Shown: in pieces, positions 13,852 to 24,780 of the stretch
How the letters are laid out: each line of letters begins with the position of its first letter
Numbering within the stretch: position 1 is the first letter of the stretch
IMG/VR virus record: IMGVR_UViG_2061766007_000786
Origin: an uncultured virus (IMG/VR IMGVR_UViG_2061766007_000786)
Lineage: Duplodnaviria; Heunggongvirae; Uroviricota; Caudoviricetes
Direction: 5' to 3' (one strand)
DNA: 64,000 nt
Made by a program: the position numbers and the translations under genes
The notes under the pieces: generated by a model
What the model was told of the DNA's origin: nothing
Seen by the model: only the letters and a program-made list of their open reading frames with translations
Databases searched by the model: none

Positions 13852-14356
13852 NNNNNNNNNNNNNNNNNNNNNNNNNNNNNNNNNNNNNNNNNNNNNNNNN
13901 NNNNNNNNNNNNNNNNNNNNNNNNNNNNNNNNNNNNNNNNNNNNNNNNNNNNNNNNNNNNNNNNNNNNNNNNNNNNNNNNNNNNNNNNNNNNNNNNNNNN
14001 NNNNNNNNNNNNNNNNNNNNNNTATATAAATTTTGAAAAGGATAATCTTGCTTCTATAATTCCTGCAGCTAAAAAGGCTATTAAAATTGTAGAAGACTTA
14101 AATAAAAAACTTAAACNNNNNNNNNNNNNNNNNNNNNNNNNNNNNNNNNNNNNNNNNNNNNNNNNNNNNNNNNNNNNNNNNNNNNNNNNNNNNNNNNNNN
14201 NNNNNNNNNNNNNNNNNNNNNNCTATAAAGCTACAGGTAATAATTATTTTACTGATGACCTTAATGTCGATTGTAATGAAGGCGAGACATTAGATTGGCA
14301 AGGGAAACAAGCAATAAAGATTTATGGTTATGTTTAAAAATAACTATTTTTATTTT

Positions 14357-14364
14357 TATAAATA
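14357..14364 (+). promoter_or_regulatory. T4-type late promoter upstream of glycosylation cassette A
   Basis: TATAAATA, then GTTAATTTAAGGAA and the start codon; same context at 21541. Confidence 0.6.
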
Positions 14365-14384
14365 TATAGTTAATTTAAGGAAAT

Positions 14385-15101
14385 GTGATGAGTGATAGTG
14401 AAGTTATTATTTCTATGACGTCTTGGAAAGGTCGTATTACAAACGTTATTAGAACGCTTGATACAATTTGGGCCAATACTGTAAAACCTAGAACAATTTG
14501 GTTAAATTTAAGTGAGGAAGAATTTCCAAATAAAGAAGCTGAACTTCCTGCTGAATTATTACAATGGCGTGACAAGACATTAAACAAATATGACCAACAA
14601 GTTTTGAAAATTAATTGGGTAGGTTCTAATATTAAAAGTTTTAAAAAACTTATTCCTGCTTTAAAATGGTATTATGAAAATAATTTATTAGATGAGATAA
14701 TTATCACTATCGATGATGATGTATTATATGAAAACGATTTTATTGAAAAATTTGTCAAAGCTGCAGAAGAAAATCTAGAAGCTATAATTTCAAATAATAT
14801 GTGTAGAGGTTGTTGGTTTAATCAACAGTGTGTTAATGGCGCTGCTACGTTGTATAGACCAAAGTTCTTTAATCCATTCTTATGGGAAGGTTTGATTCAG
14901 GCTATAGTTGATACTAATGAAGATGACTGGTGGTATAGTTTTAATTTATGGTTATTTGGTAGCAGACAAGTGAAATACATTCCAACAAGACTTGTATTCT
15001 TTAATGAAGTAGCTGAACATCAATATGAACAAAAAAATACACAACAAGTTTTAATGAATTACTGGCGTTGGCTTATAAATAGAAAAGAAGTAGTAGAATA
15101 A
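14385..15101 (+). CDS. GT-A fold (GT2-like) glycosyltransferase
   Basis: SMTSWKGRI...LSEEEFPNKE...SFKKLIP...IITIDDDVLY...DDWW. Confidence 0.75.
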   Translation: MMSDSEVIISMTSWKGRITNVIRTLDTIWANTVKPRTIWLNLSEEEFPNKEAELPAELLQWRDKTLNKYDQQVLKINWVGSNIKSFKKLIPALKWYYENNLLDEIIITIDDDVLYENDFIEKFVKAAEENLEAIISNNMCRGCWFNQQCVNGAATLYRPKFFNPFLWEGLIQAIVDTNEDDWWYSFNLWLFGSRQVKYIPTRLVFFNEVAEHQYEQKNTQQVLMNYWRWLINRKEVVE

Positions 15102-15104
15102 TAA

Positions 15105-15761
15105 ATGAATTTTGTATCATCTCATCCTGCATTTAATGACACAATAGACTCTTTAAAAAATGAATTTAAAGACGATAATTCTAATAATATAATTATTTGT
15201 GGCGCACATGACTTTTCAAAAACATTATCTATTGATGTATTTAAAAATAAATATGATAAAGTCATAGTATTTAATCAAGAACCCTTAACGGCAATACAAA
15301 GGCAGTTTATGCACAAGGGTTATTTTGCTTGGTTGAAACAAGCAGATGAAGTCTGGGACTATGACGAACAGAATATAGAAGTCTTGAAGTTGATTAGACC
15401 AGATGTGAAGTTACATATCTTGAAACCTTACAAGGACTGGTCAGTTTATAAGCCAGTTGTGAAGGATATAGATATATTGTTCTATGGGTCAATGAATGAA
15501 CATAGAGCAAAGATACTGAATGAGTTGAAGAAAAAGTATAAAGTTGCTATTATACAGACTTGGGATGGGCGAGTATTGGATTCGTATATAATGAGAAGTA
15601 AGGTCTTATTGAATTTACATTATTATTATGAAAGTTCAATGCAGGAACAGGCTAGAATGATTAGATGGATAGGTAGTCCTTGCAGAATCGTATCTGAAAA
15701 ATCTTTTAAGAACTATCTAAATGTGGAAGAATTTGAATATAAGGAATTGATGAATTTATGA
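15105..15761 (+). CDS. Putative GT-B-like glycosyltransferase
   Basis: ADEVWDY, DIDILFYGSMNEHR, SKVLLNLHYY..EQAR, IVSE; glycan-gene context. Confidence 0.6.
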   Translation: MNFVSSHPAFNDTIDSLKNEFKDDNSNNIIICGAHDFSKTLSIDVFKNKYDKVIVFNQEPLTAIQRQFMHKGYFAWLKQADEVWDYDEQNIEVLKLIRPDVKLHILKPYKDWSVYKPVVKDIDILFYGSMNEHRAKILNELKKKYKVAIIQTWDGRVLDSYIMRSKVLLNLHYYYESSMQEQARMIRWIGSPCRIVSEKSFKNYLNVEEFEYKELMNL

Positions 15762-16375
15762 ATTTACATGAATTAGGCATAAAATATAATACTGATAAAT
15801 CATATGAACATAATTTTTGTGAAAAATATGAAAAACTATTACCCACAAAAATTGATACTTTGGTAGAAATAGGTATTTTAGATGGAGGTTCGCTGAATAT
15901 GTGGGCCGAGTACTATAAAGATGCAAAAATTTTAGGATATGACATTTTAGATAAAAAAGCTTTAAAATTTTTGCCAAATATCACTACATCTATTTTAGAT
16001 CAAGGAAATTTAGAACAGCTATTACAATTATCAAAAGAACTAAATGATATTGATGTTATAATTGATGATGGTTCTCATATAATAGAACATCAAATAAAAA
16101 CATTTGAAACTCTTTTTAATTCTCTTAAATCAGATGGAATTTATATTTTAGAAGATTTACATACATCTACAAACATTTATCATGGTTATGGATTAGCAAA
16201 TAATAAAGGTGCTTTACAGTATCTTTTTGATATTATAGAAAATACTATACCTACTAATTATCCTGGACAGTTTCAAACAAACAAGATATTTAATCAAATA
16301 AAAAGTATAGATATTATTTCAAACTATAACGTTCATAATCAGCGAAGCATAACAGCACTGGTAACACATAAATGA
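15758..16375 (+). CDS. Class I SAM-dependent methyltransferase (sugar O-methyltransferase-like)
   Basis: VEIGILDGGSL, GYDI, DQG, DVIIDDGSH, GIYILEDL. Confidence 0.85.
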   Translation: MNLHELGIKYNTDKSYEHNFCEKYEKLLPTKIDTLVEIGILDGGSLNMWAEYYKDAKILGYDILDKKALKFLPNITTSILDQGNLEQLLQLSKELNDIDVIIDDGSHIIEHQIKTFETLFNSLKSDGIYILEDLHTSTNIYHGYGLANNKGALQYLFDIIENTIPTNYPGQFQTNKIFNQIKSIDIISNYNVHNQRSITALVTHK

Positions 16376-16423
16376 ACATAATTTATATAACAATTATATG
16401 AATGAAATTATAAAGTTTCTAAA

Positions 16424-17254
16424 ATGAAAACAGTGATAACAATGACCTCTTGGACTAAACGAATAAACTTTGTAGCAAAGTTTATTTATCAATTTTTAAT
16501 AACACAAACAGTAAAGCCAGATATATTTTATCTTTGGCTAGCCGAAGAAGAATTTCCAAATAAAGAAAAAGATTTACCAGAAGATTTACTGTTAGTTTGT
16601 GAAAGATTTAATGTTCAGCTTTGTTGGACTAAAGATAATGAATACTGCTTTAAGCGTTGGTATGTTTACCCAAAACATTATGAAGATTTAGTCATATCTG
16701 TTGATGATGACATTATTTTAAGTCCAAACGCGATTGAAACTATACAGAATGAATATAAAAGAAATCCAATTAAGCAAGTTTTACACTACAAAAACTGTGG
16801 TGGTGAAATTGAAATTAGAAATGGAATAGAGTATTTTATCAGTACTTTGAAGCAAAAAAGTTCCGTAAAAAATTATTTTCAAGGAAATTGTGCTTTTGCT
16901 CCATATAGTTTTCCATTAGAATCTTTCTCAGAAGAAATGATTAAATTAAGAAAAGATATTTGCCCAAAGTGTGATGAATCTTGGCTTCATCCATTTTTGA
17001 TAAAAAATAACATTCCTATTACTTTTATGAATGGCGTAAGATGGATTGAAACTGAAGAAACGAAACAAACTGCTATCAGTAAAGACCTTCATTTTAATTT
17101 GGTTAAAATTGCAAATAAAGAATATAAGAAAGCAGATCTTTACAAGTATTTAGTTCTAAATTCAGTAAAAGAACTGAAAGATGCTTGGCAAAATATATTT
17201 AATTACGATTTTAACAAAATAAATTTAGAAGAAGTAAAAGAGAAAATATGTTAG
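16424..17254 (+). CDS. GT-A fold (GT2-like) glycosyltransferase
   Basis: TMTSWTKRI...LAEEEFPNKEKDLPEDL...ISVDDD; paralog of 14385. Confidence 0.75.
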   Translation: MKTVITMTSWTKRINFVAKFIYQFLITQTVKPDIFYLWLAEEEFPNKEKDLPEDLLLVCERFNVQLCWTKDNEYCFKRWYVYPKHYEDLVISVDDDIILSPNAIETIQNEYKRNPIKQVLHYKNCGGEIEIRNGIEYFISTLKQKSSVKNYFQGNCAFAPYSFPLESFSEEMIKLRKDICPKCDESWLHPFLIKNNIPITFMNGVRWIETEETKQTAISKDLHFNLVKIANKEYKKADLYKYLVLNSVKELKDAWQNIFNYDFNKINLEEVKEKIC

Positions 17255-17886
17255 CAGTTTTAGGTGTTCTTAAAAATAAAGTTGGTTTAGAAATCAAGAA
17301 AGAAATGCTTTCTTGGTTAGAAAAAGAATATGATGTATTTTGTTGTGAACAGGAACCACCAGGAACACAATTTGAATATCCTGCGATAAAATGCGCATTA
17401 AATTTAGCAGTAGAAATGAATGAACCCGTTTTGTATGTTCATACGAAAGGAAGTGGAAATTTAATACCTTCTAATTATAAAAATTTCATGATGCATGAAA
17501 GTGTAAATTTTCCTAAAGAAGCGAAACCTGAAGATTGTCAACGTGTAGTTAGAATGATGTGGGCAAAAGAATTTACGGGTGAAAATGTTAAAAAATATCT
17601 TAAAGTTTTGAATACAGATGAACCAACTGTTGCTTGTCCTTTAACTGGAAAAGAAAAAATAACATGGCAAAACGGCTGGATAATAAATCCAGCCGGGGCA
17701 AAAGAATTATTAAAGACTTTTCATCTTGATGAAAATAGATATTATTATGAATGGATGTTTAACAATACAAAAGTAAATGTTATCGGTATTTTAAGTAATA
17801 ATTGTCATGCTTATGAAGAGCCACATCATAAAACTATGTATGATATAATTTGGAAGTACTTTAATGAATATGAAATAATTGCTTAA
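17248..17886 (+). CDS. Uncharacterised YxHTKG-domain protein (putative glycan-modifying)
   Basis: EQEPPGTQFEYPA...EPVLYVHTKG; homologs at 21569 (two copies) and 24169. Confidence 0.55.
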   Translation: MLAVLGVLKNKVGLEIKKEMLSWLEKEYDVFCCEQEPPGTQFEYPAIKCALNLAVEMNEPVLYVHTKGSGNLIPSNYKNFMMHESVNFPKEAKPEDCQRVVRMMWAKEFTGENVKKYLKVLNTDEPTVACPLTGKEKITWQNGWIINPAGAKELLKTFHLDENRYYYEWMFNNTKVNVIGILSNNCHAYEEPHHKTMYDIIWKYFNEYEIIA

Positions 17887-18598
17887 AATATGTAATAATA
17901 GTGTTAGAGCATCTGTTTTTCCAAACAGATGTTTTATTTGCGTCATTAAAATCCTTAAATGGTAAATTTTTCGGTTTATTTATTTCAGTATTGATAAAAT
18001 AAAATGTAATACCTATTGCTTTTGCTAAACAACCATAAAATGCATCATCATGTAATGATTTTAATATATCGTCATTGAGCAATTTATATACGTTAAAAAA
18101 ACATTTTGGCGGAAACAACATACCACAGCCACCACCGCCAAATGATATGCCATAATACTCAAATTTAACTTCGCTAATTATATCATTTGGATGTTTTATC
18201 CATTCTTGATATAGTTCTTCTGCATAGTTTCTAATATAAATACAACCGTCATCTGCACTAATAATTGGAACATCACTATATTTGCCAGCTGTAAAAATCC
18301 ACTTTTTGAAACTACGATAATTTTTATACACCCACAAGATTTCAATAAGTTCATTCTCAGCAAATACTTTCAAGTTCTCAGGCAATTCATCCATCATTTT
18401 CGGAAATTCTTCTTCGCTCAATACCAAGACAATATGAAATCCTGGACACTGCTTCAATAGACTGTAAATAGTTTTTGATACTGTGTTGATTCTTGCTTTC
18501 CAGCTAGTAAGCGAAATGATTGCTTTTTCACCATTATATTTTTTACCAAAAGAAGGATATGGGTTTGTATCACAATTATATTCTACAAATTCACTCAT
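17861..18598 (-). CDS. GT-A fold (GT2-like) glycosyltransferase
   Basis: SLTSWKARI...LSEEEFP...SFKK...IISADDG...DDAF; TATAAATA on - strand at 18616-18623. Confidence 0.72.
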   Translation of the reverse strand: MSEFVEYNCDTNPYPSFGKKYNGEKAIISLTSWKARINTVSKTIYSLLKQCPGFHIVLVLSEEEFPKMMDELPENLKVFAENELIEILWVYKNYRSFKKWIFTAGKYSDVPIISADDGCIYIRNYAEELYQEWIKHPNDIISEVKFEYYGISFGGGGCGMLFPPKCFFNVYKLLNDDILKSLHDDAFYGCLAKAIGITFYFINTEINKPKNLPFKDFNDANKTSVWKNRCSNTIITYFKQLFHIH

Positions 18599-18651
18599 TT
18601 TTATTAACCTTTTCTTATTTATAAGGGTTAACTGAAACAATTTAATATTAA

Positions 18652-18688
18652 GATAAGGGTTTAAGAAAACCCTTATTTTTATTATATT
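18652..18688 (+). promoter_or_regulatory. Hairpin overlapping sigma70-like promoter (TTTAAG-N17-TATATT)
   Basis: ATAAGGGTTT AAGA AAACCCTTAT then T-tract; same element at 26484-26520. Confidence 0.6.
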
Positions 18689-19046
18689 TNNNNNNNNNNN
18701 NNNNNNNNNNNNNNNNNNNNNNNNNNNNNNNNNNNNNNNNNNNNNNNNNNNNNNNNNNNNNNNNNNNNNNNNNNNNNNNNNNNNNNNNNNNNNNNNNNNN
18801 NNNNNNNNNNNNNNNNNNNNNNNNNNNNNNNNNNNNNNNNNNNNNNNNNNNNNNNNNNNNNNNNNNNNNNNNNNNNNNNNNNNNNNNNNNNNNNNNNNNN
18901 NNNNNNNNNNNNNNNNNNNNNNNNNNNNNNNNNNNNNNNNNNNNNNNNNNNNNNNNNNNNNNNNNNNNNNNNNNNNNNNNNNNNNNNNNNNNNNNNNNNN
19001 NNNNNNNNNNNNNNNNNNNNNNNNNNNNNNNNNNNNNNNNNNNNNN

Positions 19047-19395
19047 TAATGAAAAAACAGAATTAAAATCTGGATTAAAAGACGGTGACGTTATTAAAAT
19101 TGGTAAAAGACGTACTATCGTAATAGGCGAAGAACATATTTAAAATAAAAAACTTATGACCGAGAAAAATAAAGAATTTCAAGAGCTAGTAGAGTTATTT
19201 CATGAAATGCGAAAGAATTTTCCATTTCGTTATCTTGAATTTCCAAAACTTGTTTCTAAAAATCGTGTAGACGCAAGAATTGGAAATCTTATGTATACAG
19301 GTCAACTTATTAGAGACGTCAAAAATTCCATTCTAAGATATTGGATGAAATATAATCCGATGGAAGATGGACCGAAAGAGTATAATAAACTATAA
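19047..19395 (+). repeat. Variant copy of 27445-27792 (S4-like gene 3' end plus MTEKNKEF ORF)
   Basis: Near-identical DNA and protein, adjacent to a gap. Confidence 0.85.
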
Positions 19396-19616
19396 GGAAA
19401 TTACAAATGAAGAAAATTATCTTTACGCTTTTAACAGTTGTGGCACTTTCTCATGCTGGTGCACTTACTTGGTTGGAAGCATCAGATGCAAATGACAATG
19501 CTCGTGCCGCAAAGAAAACAGCACAGGAAAACCAGAAGACTATCGCGACAATCAAGGANNNNNNNNNNAATGGAAGACGGACCAAAAGAATATAATAAAC
19601 TATAAGGAAATTACAA

Positions 19617-19913
19617 ATGAAGAAAATTATCTTTGCACTTTTAATGACAACTGCAATTTCTCATGCTGGTATGCTTGCTTATATGGAAGCTTCAGATGCA
19701 AATGACAATGCTCGTGCTGCAAAGAAAACAGCACAGGAAAACCAGAAGACTATCGCGACAATCAAGGACAGTGTTCGTGTATTAAATACCAAAGTTAAGT
19801 TGATGACTGATTCTATTCATGTTCTTAACGTCAAGCTTGATTCTATCGTTGCACAGAATATAGAAATCCTGGAATATTTAAAGCTTAACATGAAAAAGCA
19901 ACCAAGGAAGTAA
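19617..19913 (+). CDS. Secreted/coiled-coil hypothetical protein
   Basis: MKKIIFALLMTTAISHA signal-like N-terminus, heptad-like C-terminus; variant at 19407. Confidence 0.65.
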   Translation: MKKIIFALLMTTAISHAGMLAYMEASDANDNARAAKKTAQENQKTIATIKDSVRVLNTKVKLMTDSIHVLNVKLDSIVAQNIEILEYLKLNMKKQPRK

Positions 19914-20517
19914 TATGTCAAAAGTACCTCTAAACATAAATGGAGTTGTCGTTAAGGTTGAAGAAGCATATGAAGAACTTCGGCAGGCCGCCACGGTTGT
20001 CCTGAAGGATTACCATAAAGTCGGTGAAGGTGGAAACCATTATCGTGGAAAGTATTGTTTTCCATTTTTTACTCAAGGCTCTTATTATGTAGAACAGGAA
20101 ACTGATTCTTATTATGATGATGATGGAAATTTCCATAGTAGTGCATATTGTTTTATGCCTATGCCATTGGATGACGATATGCGTAAGTTCGTCGAAGCTC
20201 TCCGNNNNNNNNNNTCGGTTCGTCCACTGTTCAGCTGGGATATTCGAAAGGATTATCCTCGTGAAGACGAAGGAAACGTTCTCATAGACGAATGCGATGG
20301 TTTTTGCTANNNNNNNNNNTCATTATAGCTATGCAATTCGTGATGCTTTAAAATCAGTTAATAATATCATAAAGGTTGAAGTCCATTTATCAGATATTAC
20401 ATCTCGTGAAGAATTCCGAAAAACCTCAGTAACCGCACCAGCATGCGATAAAATGATTTATGGTAAAGGAGTTCAAGGTTATCTTGAGGCAATAGATTTT
20501 ATAAAGGAAAATGCAAA

Positions 20518-21532
20518 ATGATTAATAAACGGGAATTAAAACAGATTAAAGATGACCTTAAAGCATTAGGCTTTAAAGAAAAGAAATTTCATCTTGGCGG
20601 GAAATGTTATAATTACGATACAAAACAAGAATTTAGCCTGTATATAAGGTTTTATCCTGATAACATATATTGTACAGCACAAATGGTTATTAATACACAT
20701 AGTCATATTAGTATGTATTTTGATTATGATACAGAAATGCCTTTACATATAAATTTTGAACAGGATAATCTTAAGTCTATAGTTCCTGTAGCTAAAAAGG
20801 CTATTAAAATTGTAGAAGACTTAAATAAAAAACTTAAACAAATAAATTCTAATGTAGAAAAATTCAATAATTTGGTATAAAAATGAAAGTGTCAAGACTT
20901 ATAAAGATTTTACAAGAATATCAAGAAAAATACGGAGATATTGAAGTATTATCCTGTCCTAAAGAATTTTATAAAGCTACAGGTAACAATTATTTTACAG
21001 ATGATCTTAATATTGACTGTAATGAAGGTGAAACCTTGGACTGGCAAGGAAAACAAGCGATAAAAATTTACGGATATGTTTAGGGATATAAATTATGAAA
21101 TACAAAGGATTTGAATTAAAAGAAATTACTAAACCACAGATCTTTGACCCGCCAAAGGATATATTAGTCTGGAATGATTCTAATGATCCATATGAAGAAG
21201 CGCGTATAGATACAGTTTATGCTGTAATTGCGAAAGAACCTGGAGTTACAAAAGCTATTGGCTATTGCTGCAGATGGGAACATTGCGCAGAAATTCCTGG
21301 AGAACTTAAGCCTAGACGTGTAACTAACCGAGAACTTGCAAAGTGGCTTGCTCTTGGTAACGGCGAATATAAAAACCGTATTAATCTTATTAGTACTGCA
21401 TATACCTATGATGAATCAGAGTCAGACGTGTTAGTAGATAATTATTTTAAAATTCGTAAGTGGGATGATATTGAATGGCATGAACCTACTATAGACTATA
21501 TGGGGATTGATTTCCTGAATGGAAAGAAGTAA
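20518..21532 (+). other. Three hypothetical ORFs (20518-20880, 20883-21083, 21095-21532) between aroQ and cassette B
   Basis: Intact ORFs; first two partially repeated at 14023-14336. Confidence 0.75.
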
Positions 21533-21540
21533 TCGATTAT

Positions 21541-21548
21541 TATAAATA
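21541..21548 (+). promoter_or_regulatory. T4-type late promoter upstream of glycosylation cassette B
   Basis: TATAAATA...GTTAATTTAAGGAAACGTG. Confidence 0.6.
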
Positions 21549-21568
21549 TATTGTTAATTTAAGGAAAC

Positions 21569-22813
21569 GTGAACGTGAAACGTAAATGTGTATTAGGTGT
21601 CTTGAAGACTGAAGAGGGTCTTCGAATTAAAGAAGAAATGCAGTTATGGTTAAGGGAACGCTATGAATTAATTTGTGTAGAACAAGACCCACCAGGAGCT
21701 TTAATTGAATTCCCAGCAATGATGCAAGCAGTCCAGCTATCATTAGCAACAAATGAACCAGTCTTGTATCTTCATACAAAAGGTGCTGCTAATATTCATG
21801 GAAATCAAAAATTTGTTAGACAATTGTGGATGCATGAATTTCATAATTTAGCAGATTGGTATTTTGAACAAGTAAATTGTAAAGAACCAATAGTCGCTGC
21901 TCCAATCGTAAGTAAAAATAAAAAGATTACATGGTTTAATGGATTTGTATTTAATCCTGCTGCAGCAAGTCAGATGATTAAGCATTTGCGTATTCCTAAT
22001 GACCGTATGTGGTATGAGCAGGGATTTTTAAATGAATGCTATTTGAATATTGTTGGTAGATATTCTATCGATAGTGATGATTCAAATATTGCTTGGAAGA
22101 ATTTCTGCGGTGTAAGTCATGCCTTGTTTAATCCATTATCCCATACTAGTGATTTAAGAAAACATATTCCTGAATTACAATTAACTCCAGAATTTTTATC
22201 TCAAAATAATTGTTTTGTTGAACATGAATATGAAAAAGATACTCCGATATTATGTGTATTTGGTTGCTTGCTAACAGAATCAGGTAAGAAGATTAAAGAA
22301 GAAATGTTACCTTGGCTTACAGAAAAATATTCTGTAACTATTGTTAATCAAGAAGCACCAGGAAAATTATTTGAATTTCCAGCACTTAAATATGCAAAAG
22401 AATTAAGCATTGCTAAAAATAAACCAGTTCTTTATATTCATACAAAAGGTGCGGGTAATAGTCAAAATTTATATAATCAACTTAAATGTCGTGCTATATG
22501 GAAGAACGAATTTTCTGATAATTATGATTGGTATTTAAATAAAGTTAATACTAATAATGCAACTGTATGTTGTCCATTTACTCATAAAAACTTAGGTATG
22601 ACTATTTTAAACGGTTTTATTGCTACTCCTGAAGCATGGAAGAAAACTAATGTCTATTTACCACAAATCGGTGTCACAGATGATAGATTAGGCTATGAAC
22701 ATTTATTTGATTTTACTGATTGTGAAGTAAATGGTAGAGTCATGAATGACGTTATATTAGGAACAACCGGATTTGATAGAATGCTTAATTATATAAATAA
22801 TTATAATGAATAA
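21569..22813 (+). CDS. Tandem double YxHTKG-domain protein
   Basis: Two internal copies: EQDPPGALIEFPA..EPVLYLHTKG and NQEAPGKLFEFPA..KPVLYIHTKG. Confidence 0.6.
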   Translation: MNVKRKCVLGVLKTEEGLRIKEEMQLWLRERYELICVEQDPPGALIEFPAMMQAVQLSLATNEPVLYLHTKGAANIHGNQKFVRQLWMHEFHNLADWYFEQVNCKEPIVAAPIVSKNKKITWFNGFVFNPAAASQMIKHLRIPNDRMWYEQGFLNECYLNIVGRYSIDSDDSNIAWKNFCGVSHALFNPLSHTSDLRKHIPELQLTPEFLSQNNCFVEHEYEKDTPILCVFGCLLTESGKKIKEEMLPWLTEKYSVTIVNQEAPGKLFEFPALKYAKELSIAKNKPVLYIHTKGAGNSQNLYNQLKCRAIWKNEFSDNYDWYLNKVNTNNATVCCPFTHKNLGMTILNGFIATPEAWKKTNVYLPQIGVTDDRLGYEHLFDFTDCEVNGRVMNDVILGTTGFDRMLNYINNYNE

Positions 22814-23405
22814 TATAAATATTATTACAAATAATTGTTTAGGCGGTTTTATTTATAGAGATATTTTTAAATGTAAATATCAAAATCCTTTCATTTGGAC
22901 TTTATTTGAAATAAATGATTTTATAGATTTTATAAATAATTTTGAAAAAATTAATTTTAATAATATAACAATAGATAAAAATGGTATTGGTTTAAATAAT
23001 AATTTTATTACAGTAATTGATAATAAATATAAATTAAAAAATCCACATATAAAATTTGATAAAAATTTTGATAAACCTACAAAATCAACAAAATATCCAT
23101 GGTATATTTATTATAATAAACCATGGGAATATATTTTTGAAAAATATAATAAACGTTTAGCATTAATGAAAGGTGAACCAAAATTTTTAATATATGAACC
23201 TGAAATTACAGAAAAACAAATAGAAAAATTATCAGATATATGTGAAACCCATAAATATAAATGTTGTATTATAACAAATAAAAATGTAATAGAAACAAAA
23301 TATATAAATAAAATTGAATTTGAAACAAATAATTTTGAATGGGAAAAAGATTTAATACCTAAATGTCAAAAAAAAATAATAGAATTTTTAATTAATGAGA
23401 AATAA
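22806..23405 (+). CDS. DUF1919-like polysaccharide biosynthesis protein
   Basis: IITNNCLGGFIY....KYQNPFI...DFIDF...EKYNKR. Confidence 0.65.
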   Translation: MNNINIITNNCLGGFIYRDIFKCKYQNPFIWTLFEINDFIDFINNFEKINFNNITIDKNGIGLNNNFITVIDNKYKLKNPHIKFDKNFDKPTKSTKYPWYIYYNKPWEYIFEKYNKRLALMKGEPKFLIYEPEITEKQIEKLSDICETHKYKCCIITNKNVIETKYINKIEFETNNFEWEKDLIPKCQKKIIEFLINEK

Positions 23406-24167
23406 ATGTATAAGTATTCTATTTTAATGTATAATTTTAATAATTATGAAATACTTAGAGATCCAATTGAAATAGATCCTGAGTGTGAATATATTTATGT
23501 AACTGATAATCCAAACTTAAAATCTGATAAATGGAAAATTATTATAGATAAAGATTTAGAAGGTTTATCGGTTTTTGATAAATGTTATAATGTAAGATTT
23601 AATTTATTTAAATATGCAACTACTTCAGTTTGTATATATTTAGATGGTTCTATACAAATTTATAAATCATTAAGAAAAATTTATGATGATTTTATTAAAA
23701 GCAATTGTGATATAGGTTTAAATATTCATCCAACAAGGAATAACTTAATTGATGAATATCGTGAATGGATTAGAATTCGAAATTATGATCAGATTCAAGC
23801 ACAAAAATGTATGTTAATGTTTAAAATTGCAGAATATGATTTACAATTTAAAGGACTTTATCAAGGAACTATGCGTATTTGTAAAAATACAGAATTAAAT
23901 AAAAATATAGATACATTTACATTAAATACATTAAAAATACTTGGTAAAGAAAATGAAATAGAAAGACTTGATCAAACAATTTATTCATTTATTATAAATA
24001 AATTTTTTAATGAAATAAAAATTTTTGGTTTTTCACAGCAAGTATTTCAGAGTGAATATATGCGTTGGTGTCAACATGGTTCTTCATATATTCATCCATA
24101 TAATAAAGATAATAATAAAGATGGATATATATTGAATAAATTATCAAAATTATATCATTTGGTTTAA
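23406..24167 (+). CDS. DUF616 (TOD1/MUCI70)-like glycosyltransferase
   Basis: YIYVTDN, CIYLDGSIQI, HPTRNNLIDE, RLDQ. Confidence 0.6.
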   Translation: MYKYSILMYNFNNYEILRDPIEIDPECEYIYVTDNPNLKSDKWKIIIDKDLEGLSVFDKCYNVRFNLFKYATTSVCIYLDGSIQIYKSLRKIYDDFIKSNCDIGLNIHPTRNNLIDEYREWIRIRNYDQIQAQKCMLMFKIAEYDLQFKGLYQGTMRICKNTELNKNIDTFTLNTLKILGKENEIERLDQTIYSFIINKFFNEIKIFGFSQQVFQSEYMRWCQHGSSYIHPYNKDNNKDGYILNKLSKLYHLV

Positions 24168-24168
24168 T

Positions 24169-24780
24169 ATGGAAAAAATGCTTTGCGTATTTGGAGTGTT
24201 GAAAACGAAAACTGGTCTTTTAGTTAAAGAACGTATTACTAATTATTTAAAAGATAGATTTAACATTCTTTATATTGAACAAGAATCACCTGGAAAAATG
24301 TTTGAATATCCAGCTATTAAATATGCTTTACAGATGGCTATAGAAATGAATGAACCTGTATTGTATATTCATACAAAAGGTGCAGTAGATCCAAATCATA
24401 GTTGGTATCAAAAATCAGCAAAACAATTATGGGAACATGAATTTGGAACGGATAAAGTATATGAAATTTATAATTTATTAAATATTAATAAACCATTAAT
24501 TGCATGTCCTATTATTGGATCTCATAATGAAACATGGTTTAATGGTAAAATGATAAATTCTGCTGCTGCAAAAATTATTTTAGAAACATTCCATTTTGAC
24601 AATAATAGATATTATTATGAATGGGATATGCAGAAAGACCCTAGAATAAAAACAATTGGAACATTTTATTCTACTCCTATTGATCCACCGCCATTAGGTT
24701 CAAAAAATAGAAAACAATTAGAAGAATTTAATAATAAAGTAAAAACATTAACAAAAAAATTACCGGAGATAAATTATTAA
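24169..24780 (+). CDS. YxHTKG-domain protein
   Basis: EQESPGKMFEYPA...MNEPVLYIHTKG...RYYYEW; close to 17248. Confidence 0.55.
   Translation: MEKMLCVFGVLKTKTGLLVKERITNYLKDRFNILYIEQESPGKMFEYPAIKYALQMAIEMNEPVLYIHTKGAVDPNHSWYQKSAKQLWEHEFGTDKVYEIYNLLNINKPLIACPIIGSHNETWFNGKMINSAAAKIILETFHFDNNRYYYEWDMQKDPRIKTIGTFYSTPIDPPPLGSKNRKQLEEFNNKVKTLTKKLPEINY

Noticed and set aside
13215..14036. 273-aa aroQ with an internal duplication
   Set aside because: The repeat restarts right after a 10-N gap and includes upstream sequence; assembly artefact
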